Origin: an uncultured delta proteobacterium
GTDB taxonomy: Bacteria; Myxococcota; Myxococcia; SLRQ01
Direction: 5' to 3'
Assembly: GCA_963727485.1 (NCBI GenBank)
Contig: CAVSGM010000002.1
Location: forward strand, 288,001 to 352,000
DNA: 64,000 bases
Program-made: the position numbers and the translations under genes
Notes under the pieces: generated by a model
The model's database searches: none
What the model was told of the DNA's origin: nothing
What the model saw: the letters and a program-made list of their open reading frames with translations, nothing else
Shown here: positions 49,305 through 62,836 of the stretch, in pieces
How positions within the stretch are numbered: position 1 is the stretch's first letter
Layout of the letters: each line of letters starts with the position of its first letter

Positions 49305-50647
49305 AGCCCTTGGTCGCCATCGTGGGTCGCCCCAACGTGGGCAAGTCGACCCTCTTCAACCGCATCGTCGGCCGGCGCCTGGCCATCGTCGAGGACGTGC
49401 CCGGGGTGACCCGGGACCGCCACTACGCCGAGGTCGAGTGGGTCGGGAAGGCCTTCCTCCTGGTGGACACCGGCGGCTTCGAGCCCGACACCGACGACAC
49501 CCTGCTCGCCGGGATGCGCCAGCAGGCCCAGCTCGCCGTGGAGGAGGCCCAGGCCATCGTCCTGGTGGTCGACGCCATGGAGGGGGTCACCGCCGCCGAC
49601 GTCGAGGTCGCCGCCTATCTGCGGCGCTCCGGCCGGCCGGTGATCGTCGCCGCCAACAAGGTCGACTCGATGCGGCGCGCCGAGGAGACCTCGGAGCTGG
49701 CCGAGACCCACGCCCTGGGCTTCGAGGTCTTCGCCATCTCCGCCGAGCACGGCAAGGGGATCGGCGACCTCCTCGACGCGGTCGTCGCCCAGGTGGAGGC
49801 CCCGGCGGACGTCGAGCCCCCCGAGGCCGACGCCGAGGCCTGCCGGGTGGCGGTCCTGGGGCGGCCCAACGTGGGCAAGTCGACCCTGGTGAACCGGCTC
49901 CTGGGCGAGGACCGCTTCCTCGCCACCGACGTCGCCGGCACCACCCGGGACAGCATCGACGCCACCCTCAAGTACCGGGGGCGGACCTTCGTCCTCACCG
50001 ACACCGCGGGCATCCGCCGCAAGCGCAGCATCACCCAGGCCCTGGAGCGCTACACGGTGGTACGGGCCCTCAAGACCGTCGAGCGCTCGGACGTGGTGGT
50101 GCTGGTGATGGACGCCACCGAGCCGGTGGTCGCCCAGGAGGCGCGCCTGGCGTCCATGGCCCTGGAGCAGGGGCGGGGGCTGGTCTTCGCCCTGAACAAG
50201 TGGGACCTGGTCCGGGGCGAGGAGGCCGCCGCCGACGCCCTGCGCCAGAAGGTCGCCGAGGCCCTGCCCGACATGCGCCACGTCCCGGTGGTGCTCCTCT
50301 CGGCCCTCGAGGGCAAGCGGGTGTTCACCCTGCTGGAGACCGTCTCCGCGACCTGCGACGAGCTCCGGCGCCGGGTGCCGACCCCCGAGCTCAACCGGTG
50401 GCTGGAGGCGGTGACCTCCGAGCGGCCCCCGCCGATCTTCAAGGGCAAGCCGGTCCGCCTCCTCTACGTCCGGCAGGTGGGCGAGTCGCCGCCGGTCTTC
50501 GTCCTCACCGTCAGCCGCCCCGAGGCGATCTCCGAGGCCTACAAGCGCTTCCTCCTCAACCGCATCCGGGCGTCCTTCGGCTTCCCGGGGGTGCCCCTGC
50601 GCCTGTCGCTCCGGTCCCGGCGTCCCGACCGGAAGCCCGGGCGCTAG
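49301..50647 (+). CDS. der: ribosome biogenesis GTPase Der
   Basis: Two G domains (GRPNVGKST twice, GVTRD/GTTRD, DTGG/DTAG). Confidence 0.97.
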   Translation: MKPLVAIVGRPNVGKSTLFNRIVGRRLAIVEDVPGVTRDRHYAEVEWVGKAFLLVDTGGFEPDTDDTLLAGMRQQAQLAVEEAQAIVLVVDAMEGVTAADVEVAAYLRRSGRPVIVAANKVDSMRRAEETSELAETHALGFEVFAISAEHGKGIGDLLDAVVAQVEAPADVEPPEADAEACRVAVLGRPNVGKSTLVNRLLGEDRFLATDVAGTTRDSIDATLKYRGRTFVLTDTAGIRRKRSITQALERYTVVRALKTVERSDVVVLVMDATEPVVAQEARLASMALEQGRGLVFALNKWDLVRGEEAAADALRQKVAEALPDMRHVPVVLLSALEGKRVFTLLETVSATCDELRRRVPTPELNRWLEAVTSERPPPIFKGKPVRLLYVRQVGESPPVFVLTVSRPEAISEAYKRFLLNRIRASFGFPGVPLRLSLRSRRPDRKPGR

Positions 50648-51177
50648 AAGGCCCAGGAGACCCGGACGCTGTAGGCTGCGAGGAGCGGGAAGGGCGCCTG
50701 CCCATCGAGGACGCCCAGGTAGCGCAGGTCGCCGCCGATGGCGAAGCCCTGGTGGGGGGCGCGGGTCCACCAGTCCACCGAGAGGCCCAGCTCGTAGGCC
50801 GGGTGGAAGGTGGCGGTTGCGTCCGGAGCACCCACCAGGAGGGCGCCGAGCCCCGCGCGGAGCACCGGGACCAGCCGGCCGATGTCCAGGCGCCACTCGC
50901 CGACCAGGGCGGCGCTGTCGAGGCCGTACTGGTCGATCGAGGCCCCGGCGTCGTGGCTGGAGCTGGCGACGAGGAGCCCGACGGCGAGCTGGGGCGTCAG
51001 GGGGACCGCCGCCTCCAGGGAGAACCCGACGCTCCCGGGGAGGTCGGTGCCCACTGGGAGATAGGCCCCGGTGGCCGCGGAGACCTCCACCCCCAGGGAC
51101 GGACCGCGGGCATACGCCGGCACGACCGCCGCGGCGGCGAGGACGGGGAGCAGGAGCCGGGCGGCAAGCGTTGACAC
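50644..51177 (-). CDS. hypothetical exported protein, probable OM beta-barrel
   Basis: Signal peptide; amphipathic strands; ends VRVSWAF. Confidence 0.6.
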   Translation of the reverse strand: MSTLAARLLLPVLAAAAVVPAYARGPSLGVEVSAATGAYLPVGTDLPGSVGFSLEAAVPLTPQLAVGLLVASSSHDAGASIDQYGLDSAALVGEWRLDIGRLVPVLRAGLGALLVGAPDATATFHPAYELGLSVDWWTRAPHQGFAIGGDLRYLGVLDGQAPFPLLAAYSVRVSWAF

Positions 51178-51200
51178 GGGACCGAGGGCGTCTTTATAAC
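51171..51200 (+). promoter_or_regulatory. sigma70-type promoter for yfgM-bamB-like genes
   Basis: TTGACA-18 nt-TATAAC. Confidence 0.55.
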
Positions 51201-51239
51201 CGCGTGCCTTTTCGCGCCACATTTCAGGGGAGTTCCCTT

Positions 51240-52025
51240 TTGGCCACAGCCAAGAAGCTCACACGCAAGGCGCTCAAGCGACCCGACGAGTTCCAGCAGA
51301 AGGGTCGCACCGCCGTCGAGTGGATCACCGAGCACGGCCGCCTGGTCGGCATCGTCAGCGCCGTGGCGGTGGTCGTCGGCGTCGGCATCGCGCTCACCTT
51401 GTGGACCGTGCAGCACCACGCCCAGACCGCGGCCGACGCCCTCGGCGACGCCCTGTCCCTGGCCCAGCGCCCGGTCACCAAGACCCCGCCGCCGGGGGAG
51501 AAGGCGTTCCCGACCAAGGACGCCCGGGACGCCGCCTACCGCAAGGCCCTCGAGGGGGTCCGCAAGGACCACGCCGGGACCGCCGCCGCCGCCGGGGCCG
51601 CCCTGCAGCTCGGCAACCTCGACTTCTCCCAGAAGCACTACGACGCCGCGGTGAAGGCCTACCAGGACTACCTCTCCGAGGCCGCGAAGGACGCGCCGTT
51701 CCGCTTCGCCGCCCTCGAGGGGATCGGGCTGGCCTACGAGGCCAAGGGCGAGAACGACAAGGCCCTGGCCGCCTACAAGCGCCTGGTCGCCGAGGGGAAC
51801 GCCTTCTTCAAGCCCTTCGCCCTGGTGCGCGAGGCCCGTGTCCTGGTGGCCCTGGGCAAGCCCGAGGCCGCCCGGAGCGCCGCCCAGAAGGTCCTCGACG
51901 ACTTCGCCACCTCCCCGGCCCACACCGCCGCCGAGCAGCTCCTCGACGGCCTGCCCCCGGCGCCGGAGACCGGGGCGGCCAAGGGCGCCACCGCGGGCGC
52001 GACCGGGAAGAAGCAGGAGGGGTAG
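51240..52025 (+). CDS. YfgM-like membrane-anchored TPR protein
   Basis: TTG start after GGGAG; LKRPDEF N-terminus, one TM, TPRs; adjacent to bamB-like gene. Confidence 0.8.
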   Translation: MATAKKLTRKALKRPDEFQQKGRTAVEWITEHGRLVGIVSAVAVVVGVGIALTLWTVQHHAQTAADALGDALSLAQRPVTKTPPPGEKAFPTKDARDAAYRKALEGVRKDHAGTAAAAGAALQLGNLDFSQKHYDAAVKAYQDYLSEAAKDAPFRFAALEGIGLAYEAKGENDKALAAYKRLVAEGNAFFKPFALVREARVLVALGKPEAARSAAQKVLDDFATSPAHTAAEQLLDGLPPAPETGAAKGATAGATGKKQEG

Positions 52026-52028
52026 GGC

Positions 52029-53168
52029 GTGCGTCCCCGCCTCCTCCCGGCGCTGGGCCTGGCGCTCGCCACCGGCTGCGCGCCGATGCTCTCGGGCCAG
52101 GTGGCCCCGGCGGCCCCGGGCGCGCCGGTCAAGGTCACCCCGTCCACCCAGCGACTCCAGGTGGTGTGGCACGGTCGGGTCGCCTCCCCGGCGCTTTTGG
52201 CCTACGCCCCCCGGGAGCGCGCCCAGCCGGTCTGGGACGCCGAGCGCCGGTGGATCTACGTCGGCGATCACCAGGGGGTGGTCCACGCCCTCGACCGCCT
52301 CGGCCACGAGCAGTGGACCTTCCACGCCGACGGCGACATCGAGACCGGGATGCGCCTCCACGGCGACGACCTCTTCGTGGTCACCGCCAAGGGCAAGGTC
52401 TACGGCCTCGACGCCCTCACCGGGAAGAAGAAGTGGGTCTACACCGGGGAGGCGGAGCTGGGGACCCGACCCACCTGGGCCGACGGGACCCTCCTGGTGC
52501 CCAGCCTCGCCAACACCATCACCGCCCTCGACGCCCGGACCGGCAAGTTCAAGTGGTTCCACCGGGGGCCGGCGCCGGGCGATCTCTCCATCCGCGGGGC
52601 CGCCGGGGTGGCCGTCGAGGGGGGCCGGGCGATCACCGGCTTCAGCGACGGCACGGTGGTGGCCCTGAAGGTCGACGACGGCAGCACCCTCTGGTCCCGG
52701 ACCTTCGGGGGCAAGGGCCAGTTCGTCGACATCGACACCACGCCGGTCATCTTCCAGGGCCTGGTGTACGTGGCGTCCTACGGCCAGTCGCTCCTGGCCC
52801 TCGAGCTGGCCACGGGCAAGACCGCCTGGCAGCAGCCGGCGATCCCCGGGATCATCCATCTGCGGCGGGTCGGCAACATGCTCGTGGGCCTGGCCTCCAA
52901 CCAGGCCGCCGGGTACCGCCTCGTCGACGGCCGGCAGGACTGGGAGGTCCGGTTCACCGGGGGGGTGCCCAGCGTCCCCGCCGTCACCGGAGGCCGGGTG
53001 GTCTTCGGCACCGAGACCGGGCCCCTCTACGCGCTCTCCGCCAAGGACGGGCGCCCGGAGACCACCTTCGCCCCGGGGACCGGGATCACCGCGGGCCCGG
53101 CCCGGACCGACGACGGACTCTGGGTCTGGTCCAACGGCGGCTACCTCTACCGCCTCGCCTGGAGGTAG
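52029..53168 (+). CDS. BamB-like PQQ beta-propeller lipoprotein
   Basis: Lipobox LATG-C; repeated ALDxxTGKxxW blades; FVDIDTTPV. Confidence 0.85.
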   Translation: MRPRLLPALGLALATGCAPMLSGQVAPAAPGAPVKVTPSTQRLQVVWHGRVASPALLAYAPRERAQPVWDAERRWIYVGDHQGVVHALDRLGHEQWTFHADGDIETGMRLHGDDLFVVTAKGKVYGLDALTGKKKWVYTGEAELGTRPTWADGTLLVPSLANTITALDARTGKFKWFHRGPAPGDLSIRGAAGVAVEGGRAITGFSDGTVVALKVDDGSTLWSRTFGGKGQFVDIDTTPVIFQGLVYVASYGQSLLALELATGKTAWQQPAIPGIIHLRRVGNMLVGLASNQAAGYRLVDGRQDWEVRFTGGVPSVPAVTGGRVVFGTETGPLYALSAKDGRPETTFAPGTGITAGPARTDDGLWVWSNGGYLYRLAWR

Positions 53169-53172
53169 GGCC

Positions 53173-53583
53173 TTGGGGGGGATCCTCCGGGTGGTCGCGG
53201 GGATCCTCGAGGCCGAGGGGAGGGTGCTGTTGACCCGGCGCCGGGCGGGGACGCACCTCGCGGGCCTCTGGGAGTTCCCGGGCGGGAAGGTCGAGGCCGG
53301 GGAGTCGGACGAGGCGGCGCTGGTCCGGGAGCTACTTGAAGAAATTGGCGTAAGGGTCCGGGTTGGAAGGCTTTTCGAGCGCGTGACCCACGCCTATCCC
53401 GAGCGCACGGTGGACCTGTGCTTCTACCGGTGTGAGGTCCTCGAGGGGACGCCCGAGGCCCTGGAGGTGGCGGATCTCGCGTGGGTGCCGCTGGCGGACC
53501 TGCCCGGATATCCGCTGCCGCCGGCGGACGCGCCCCTGGTCGGGCGGCTCCTGGCCGAGGCGGGCGTTATGTCGACTTCCTAG
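53173..53583 (+). CDS. mutT: MutT-like Nudix hydrolase
   Basis: WEFPGGKVEAGESDEAALVRELLEEIG Nudix box; PPAD. Confidence 0.85.
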   Translation: MGGILRVVAGILEAEGRVLLTRRRAGTHLAGLWEFPGGKVEAGESDEAALVRELLEEIGVRVRVGRLFERVTHAYPERTVDLCFYRCEVLEGTPEALEVADLAWVPLADLPGYPLPPADAPLVGRLLAEAGVMSTS

Positions 53584-54167
53584 CCGCCGTGGGGCGCGGC
53601 CGGGCCCGCGTCGGCGGCGTCCGGGGCGTCCGGGGCCGGGGCGGTGGCCTCGAGCTGAAGGGTCAGGTCCTGGTAGTGGCGGCCCTCCGCGTCGGTGATG
53701 TGGGGCGCGCGCTCGCCCTCGAGCTCCAGGCGGTAGGTCTTGCCGGGCTCCAGGGGCGGCCTGGGGGTGACCTTGAACCAGGTGCCCCCGGGCTCGGTGG
53801 TGGGGCCGCGGTGCCGGGAGACCACCGGGCCGGTCTCGAGGTCGAAGGGCACCAGGTGGTCGTGGCTGGTGGCCAGGCGCAGCCGGACGTCGGTGAGGCG
53901 CTGCCAGGTCTGGAGGCGCAGGGTCGCGTCGGCCGGGACCGGGATCGGGCCGTCACCGGGCTTCAGGGCCTCCACCTGGCCGTCGACCACGGCCTCGAGG
54001 GCCACCAGGTCGAGGCGGTCGTCGGTGACGTCGAAGGGCGGCGGTGGCGGCGCCTGTGGGCCCGCGTCCCGGCGCACGGCGGCGGTGCCGGGGCCGGCGT
54101 GGCAGCCGGCTGCCGAGGCGGCGCCCAGGGCGACGACGAGGGCGAAGACCAGGTGGGACCGTCCCAT
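53580..54167 (-). CDS. hypothetical lipoprotein (Ig-like C-terminus)
   Basis: Lipobox AAG-C; TPRPPLEPGKTYRLEL..ITDAEG. Confidence 0.65.
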   Translation of the reverse strand: MGRSHLVFALVVALGAASAAGCHAGPGTAAVRRDAGPQAPPPPPFDVTDDRLDLVALEAVVDGQVEALKPGDGPIPVPADATLRLQTWQRLTDVRLRLATSHDHLVPFDLETGPVVSRHRGPTTEPGGTWFKVTPRPPLEPGKTYRLELEGERAPHITDAEGRHYQDLTLQLEATAPAPDAPDAADAGPAAPHGG

Positions 54168-54269
54168 GGCGGCGCACCGTAGCGGCGCCCGGGGGTCCGG
54201 TCAACGGCGCGCCGGGCCTGAGGTCCCTTGGAGCCGGTCCAGGCGCGCCGTTCCCCAGGCAAAGCTGGA

Positions 54270-54297
54270 ATGTCCGATAAGATACATTATGTCAACT
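54270..54297 (+). other. dif: dif site (XerCD chromosome dimer resolution)
   Basis: ATGTCCGATAA-GATACA-TTATGTCAACT has the 11-6-11 architecture, inner ATAA/TTAT and a XerD arm like TTATGTTAAAT; intergenic and AT-rich. Confidence 0.92.
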
Positions 54298-54372
54298 CGT
54301 CGAAGGGACCGGGATTCCAGGGGTTCTGGCGGTCGCACGGCCCTGGGACGCCCCGGACGGCGCCCCGGGCCC

Positions 54373-55939
54373 CTACTCCCACTCGATGGTCGCCGGGGGC
54401 TTCGACGAGATGTCGTAGGCCACCCGGTTGATCCCCCGGACCTCGTTGATGATCCGGCTGGAGACCCGGGCCAGCGCGTCGTGCGGGAGCCGCGCCCAGT
54501 CGGCGGTCATCCCGTCGACGCTGGTCACCGCGCGCACCACGCAGGCGTTCTCGTAGGTCCGGTAGTCACCCATGACGCCCACCGAGCGCACCGGCAGCAG
54601 CACCACGAAGCCCTGCCAGATGCTGTCGTAGAGCCCGGCCTCGCGCATCTCCGCCTGGAAGATGGCGTCGGCCTGCCGGAGGACGTCGAGGCGATCAGGG
54701 GTGATCTCCCCGAGGATGCGCACGGCCAGGCCCGGCCCCGGGAACGGCCAGCGGCCCACCATGGCCTCCGGGAGCCCGAGGACCCGCCCCAGCTCCCGGA
54801 CCTCGTCCTTGAACAGCTCCCGGAGCGGCTCCACCAGCTCGAGCTTCATCGCCTCGGGGAGCCCGCCCACGTTGTGGTGGCTCTTGATGGTCGCCGAGGG
54901 GCCCTTCACGGAGGTGGACTCGATGACGTCCGGGTAGAGGGTGCCCTGGGCGAGGAACCGGGCGCCGTCGATGCCGTCGGCGGCCTCCTCGAACACGGCG
55001 ATGAACTCCCGGCCGATGATCTTGCGCTTCTGCTCGGGGTCGGTGACCCCGGCGAGCTTCTCCAGGAAGCGATCGGCGGCGTCCACGAACACCAGGGGGA
55101 TGTGGAACCGGTCCCGGAACACCTCCTGGACCTGGTCGGCCTCCCCGAGGCGCAAGAGGCCGTTGTCCACGAAGATGCAGGTGAGCTGGTCGCCGATGGC
55201 CTTGTGGAGGAGCGCCGCGGCCACCGAGCTGTCCACGCCCGCCGGAGAGCCCGCAGAGGACCTTCCCCTCGCCCACCTGGGCCCGGATGGCCGCTACCGC
55301 GGTGTCCACGAAGGAGGCCATGGTCCAGGTGCCGGTCAGCTCGCAGGCGTCCCGGAGGAAGGAGCGGAGGATCTCGTTGCCCCGCGGCGTGTGGTGGACC
55401 TCAGGGTGGAACTGCACGCCGAAGATCCGGCGCTCGGGGTCGGCGATGGCGGCCAGGGGCGCCCCCTCGCTGTGGCCGAGGACCGTGAAGCCCTCGGGCA
55501 GCTGCTCCACGCGGTCCCCGTGGCTCATCCACACGTCGACCGCCTCGGCGGCCTTGAAGCCCTTGAACAGGCCCCAGGCCTCGTCGATCGCGAGGGTCGC
55601 CGGGCCGTACTCCCGGGTGTGCCCCGGGGCGACCTTCCCGCCGAGGAGGTGGCAGACGATCTGGAGCCCGTAGCAGATCCCCAGGACCGGCACCCCGAGC
55701 TCGAAGATCCCCGGGTCCACCGTGGGCGCCCCCTCGTCGAGGACCGAGCTGGGCCCCCCCGAGAGGATGATCCCCTTGGGATCGAAGGCCCGCACCGTCT
55801 CCAGGGACACGTGGTGCGGGTGGATCTCGCAGTAGACCCGCTCCTCCCGGACGCGCCGGGCGATGAGCTGGGTGTACTGCGAGCCGAAGTCGAGGATGAG
55901 GACCTTCTCGGCGAGGGCGGCGGTGGCGTGGGTGGCCAT
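54373..55939 (-). CDS. guaA: GMP synthase (apparent +1 frameshift at 55238-55240)
   Basis: [24 protein letters not shown], restored [25 protein letters not shown]. Confidence 0.96.
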
Positions 55940-56027
55940 GGCGCGGGCTCTAGCACGGCAAAGACGGGCCCGGCAATCCGGGACGGGTTTGACAGCGCCC
56001 CGGTCTTCCAATAGTCACAATGAACCA

Positions 56028-56705
56028 ATGCGCGCGAGCCCATTCGCCGTTCTCGCCGGGGGCCTGCTACTCGCCGCTTGCGCCACCACGAATCCCTACG
56101 GTCCGTCCGGGGAGGAGCGGTTGGACGCGGCGACCTCGGACATCTCTCCAGACACGAGCGTGGCCAAGGCCAACGCGAAGCACCTGGAGCGCATCCAGTC
56201 CCACAACTGCGCCGACGCCCACGCGCAGCTCGCGGCCCTCCCCAAGAAGGACAAGACCGAGGCGTCGACCCTCGCCGACCTCACCGGGCTGGTGACCGTG
56301 CTGCGGGCGCACAAGAAGGACATGGACGCGGTCCTCGATCGGCACCCGGGCCTGAAGTTCTTCAAGGGCAAGGCCGCCGACGGGAACACCTACGACATCC
56401 AGGCCACGATGCAGACCTGCTCCCAGGACCTGACCCAGGTGGAGAGCAAGCTCGACAGCCTCATCCGGGACATCACCCGCTCGCCCATCGCCCAGCAGAT
56501 CGTGGGCAAGGGGCGCCGGCGGCACATGGTGCCCGAGGCCCGGGTCGACTTCGACCTGCTGGCCAAGGCGATCAAGACCCTGGCCCCGGTGGACGCCGAC
56601 GTGCTCATGAGCAAGGTCAGCGAGGCCAAGAAGCAGCTCGCGGCCGACAAGTCCAAGGCCACCCGGCACCACCGGCGCTACCGCCGCCGTCGCCACCGGC
56701 GCTGA
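56028..56705 (+). CDS. hypothetical lipoprotein with Arg/His-rich tail
   Basis: Lipobox LLAA-C; helical body; ends RHHRRYRRRRHRR. Confidence 0.75.
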   Translation: MRASPFAVLAGGLLLAACATTNPYGPSGEERLDAATSDISPDTSVAKANAKHLERIQSHNCADAHAQLAALPKKDKTEASTLADLTGLVTVLRAHKKDMDAVLDRHPGLKFFKGKAADGNTYDIQATMQTCSQDLTQVESKLDSLIRDITRSPIAQQIVGKGRRRHMVPEARVDFDLLAKAIKTLAPVDADVLMSKVSEAKKQLAADKSKATRHHRRYRRRRHRR

Positions 56706-56730
56706 TCGCCGGCGCCCTGCCCCGCGCGCC

Positions 56731-59457
<2,727 letters not shown>

Positions 59458-59520
59458 CGTCTCAAGTGTGTAGCCCACGCCGCGCTTTCGCCCAAGTCGC
59501 ACGTCGGTATAATCGGCACG

Positions 59521-61946
59521 ATGCCCGACGACAGGAGGACGGGGGGGCGCTACGCGGTCGGCCTCCTGGTGAAGCTCAAGCACCCCGACGTGGGCACGTT
59601 CGTGGAGCGGTTCGCCACGAACATCTCCCCCGGCGGGATGTTCATCCGGACCCGGGATCCCAAGGATCCCGGCACCATGGTCCGCTTCGAGGTGCAGATC
59701 GCCGGGGGATCCGGGTGATGCGCGGCGAGGCGGTGGTCCGGTGGGCCCGCCCGGCGAACAATCCCGCCGGCCCCCCGGGGATGGGCCTGGAGTTCGTGAC
59801 CCTCGACGAGGCGACCCGGGTGCTCATCGACCGGATGCTCGCCGCCCGGGGCCTGGCCACGCCGCCGAAGGCCAAGGCGACGCCCCCGGCCGCGGCCGGC
59901 GCGACCGTCCTCGAGGCCCCGGCTGGCCCCGAGGCCCCTGCGCCCCCGGCCGCCCCGGACGCGCCCAAGGTCGCCCCCAAGGCCCCCAAGGCGGCAAAGG
60001 CCCCGCCCGCGCCGCCCCCCGAGGCCTTCGACGCCCCCGCGGACGCCACCGAGGCAGCCCCCGCCGAGACCGAGGCCGACGACGACGACGACGGCCTCCA
60101 GGTCGACGTCGACACCGACGACCTGGTGGCCAGCACCCCGCCCCCCCCGCCGGCGCCCGCCAATCCGCCCCCGAGCCCCGAGGACGACCTCGACATCGAC
60201 GTCGACCTCTCCGGCGCCGACGACGACGCCGACCTCGACCTCGACGTGGACGTGGCCCCCCCGGTGCGTCACCTCGTCTTCCTCGAGGCCGTCGACACCC
60301 TCCCCCAGGACGGCCCGATCATCGGCATCGACCTGGGGACCACCAACTCCTGCGTGGCGGTCTTCGACGACGGCCGCCCCCGGGTGATCCACTCCCGGGA
60401 GGGCTACAACACCCTCCCCTCCACCGTCGCCCTCTCCAAGAAGGACAAGCTCCTGGTGGGCCACCCGGCCAAGAGCCAGATGCTCACCAACCCCGAGCGC
60501 ACCGTCTACGGGGCCAAGCGCCTGGTCGGCCGCCCCTTCGACAGCCCCACGGTGCGGATGGTCCGGGAGCGCTTCCACTACGAGGTCTGCCCGGACAGCC
60601 TGGGCAAGGCGGCGGTGCGCCTCGGCGCCGACGTGGTCTCCCTCGAGGAGGTCCAGGCCCTCGTCCTCAAGGAGTGCCGGGAGATGGCCCAGCTCTCCCT
60701 GGGCCGGGAGATCCACCGGGCGGTGATCACCGTCCCCGCCTACTACTCCGACGCCCAGCGCCACGCGGTCCGGGAGGCCGGGCGCATCGCCGGCCTCAAC
60801 GTCGAGCGCATCCTCAACGAGCCCACCGCCGCGGCGCTGGCCTACGGCCTCAACCGGGACATCAAGAAGCAGGTCCTCATCTACGACCTCGGCGGCGGCA
60901 CCTTCGACGCCACCGCCATGCTCATCGACGGCAACGTCTTCGAGGTCCTGGCCACCGGCGGCGACACCTTCCTCGGGGGCGTCGACTTCGACAACCAGAT
61001 CGTCGACTGGTTCCTCGGCCGCTTCGAGGAGACCACCGGCCGCCCCTTCGCCGGCGACCGGGTGGCCCTCTCCCGGGTCACCGACGCCGCCGAGCGCGCC
61101 AAGATCGCCCTCTCCGAGCGCCGGACCTTCGACGTCCACGTGCCCTTCCTGATGATGGACGAGGACGGGGTCCCCCACGACCTCAAGACCACCATCACCC
61201 GGGACGACCTGGCGACCCTCACCGGCGACCTCATCGATCGCACCCTCGACGTGGTCCGGGACGTGCTCCTCGACGCGGCCCTCAAGCCCTCGGACGTCGA
61301 GGAGGTGATCCTCGTCGGCGGCCAGAGCCGGATGCCGCTGGTCCGGGACAAGCTCGCGCGCTTCTTCGGCCGCGAGGCCCACCCCGGGGTCCACCCGGAC
61401 GAGGCGGTGGCCCTCGGCGCCGCCTACCTCGCCGGCTCCCTGGACAAGGTCTCCAACGTGGTCCTCATCGACGTGCTCCCCATGACCATCGGCGTGGGGC
61501 TCCCCGGCGGGCGGTTCAAGCGGGTCATCGAGCGGAACACCCCCCTGCCCGCCACCAAGACCTATGGGCTGGCCACCACCCGGGACGACCAGAAGCACAT
61601 CGAGGTCTCGGTGTTCCAGGGCGAGGACGAGTCGATCACCGGCAACGAGTACCTGGGCACCCTCCGCCTCGAGGGGCTGCCCCCCGGCGCCCGGGGCGCG
61701 GTGAAGGTCGCCGTCTCCTTCGAGCTCGGGCCCGAGTGCGTCCTCGAGGTCGAGGCCCGGGAGCTGACCACCGGCGCCGCGGTGAAGGCGACGCTGGCCA
61801 CCCGGGACACCCCCGAGGAGCTGGCCCGGCGCCTCAAGGTCGAGCCCCGGGGCCCCACCGAGCAGACCAGCCGCCGGGAGGCCGAGCTCGCCCAGCGGGG
61901 CGGCCGGTTCTGGGGCTTCCTCAAGCGGATGGTCGGCAAGAGCTGA
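59521..61946 (+). CDS. PilZ-Hsp70 (DnaK-like) fusion (apparent -1 frameshift in G run 59704-59708)
   Basis: RTGGR and NISPGGMF PilZ motifs, GMGLEF; GIDLGTTNS, TVPAY, NEPTAAALAYG, DLGGGTFD, VGGQSRMP. Confidence 0.9.
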
Positions 61947-61963
61947 GCGAGGCGCCCTGCGCC

Positions 61964-62431
61964 CTAGGCGCCACGGGCCGCGGCCAGGAGCACGTCGCGC
62001 CAGGCGTCCCGGCTCTCGCCGAGCTCCCGGCCGACCTTCGACATCACCCCCAGGAGGAGCTTGAGGCAGGCCTGGGGCTTCTTGCGCTGGAGCTTGCCGA
62101 AGTCCTTCCGGGGGATGGCGAGGAGCTCGACCTGGCCCACGGCGTAGACGCTGGTGAGCCGGGGCCCGGCGGTGACCAGGGCCAGCTCGCCGAAGGTGTC
62201 ACCGGTGTCGAGGCGCCCGATCTCCACCTCGGCGTCGCCGTCGCGCAGGCACACCGAGAGCTCGCCGGACCGGACCACGAAGAGGGCGTCGCCGGTCTCC
62301 CCCTCGAGGTACACCGGCTGGCCGTCGGTCACGTGCCGGGGCTGGGCCACCGCGCCCAGGATCTTGAGCCCCACGTCGGTGAACCCGGCGAAGAGGGGCG
62401 ATCCCTTCAGTGCCTCGGCGACCTCATCCAT
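61964..62431 (-). CDS. cyclic nucleotide-binding domain protein
   Basis: EGETGDALFVVRSG, GDTFGELAL..PR. Confidence 0.88.
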   Translation of the reverse strand: MDEVAEALKGSPLFAGFTDVGLKILGAVAQPRHVTDGQPVYLEGETGDALFVVRSGELSVCLRDGDAEVEIGRLDTGDTFGELALVTAGPRLTSVYAVGQVELLAIPRKDFGKLQRKKPQACLKLLLGVMSKVGRELGESRDAWRDVLLAAARGA

Positions 62432-62834
62432 CCCGCTCCGGGATGTAGCACGGGCCGCCCTCCCGGGCCAGACGCCGGCACACGCGCATCCACAGGCCGG
62501 CGCCGGTGAGGGCCCCGAGGGCGTCGGCGGTGGCGTCCCAGAGGCTCGGGTCCCGGCCCGGGGTGAAGCGCTGGTGGAACTCGTCGGTGAGCCCGTAGAA
62601 CGCCGCCAGGGCCGCGGCGAGGATCGCGAAGCCGTACCACGGCCAGCGCCGGTTCAGGGTGCCCGAGAGCCCCCGGGCGAGGAGCGCCCCGAGCATCGCG
62701 TACTCGCTGAAGTGGGCCACCTTGTCGAGGTGACCGAGCTGGATCGGGCCCAGGGGGTGCGAGAGGCTCGAGAGGAGGAAGATCAGGCCCAGGTAGAGGG
62801 CCACCGGCCCCCAGAGCCAGACGAGGCGACGCAT
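62424..62834 (-). CDS. VanZ family membrane protein
   Basis: DKVAHFSEY, DEFHQRFTPGR, DATAD. Confidence 0.88.
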   Translation of the reverse strand: MRRLVWLWGPVALYLGLIFLLSSLSHPLGPIQLGHLDKVAHFSEYAMLGALLARGLSGTLNRRWPWYGFAILAAALAAFYGLTDEFHQRFTPGRDPSLWDATADALGALTGAGLWMRVCRRLAREGGPCYIPERDG

Positions 62835-62836
62835 GG

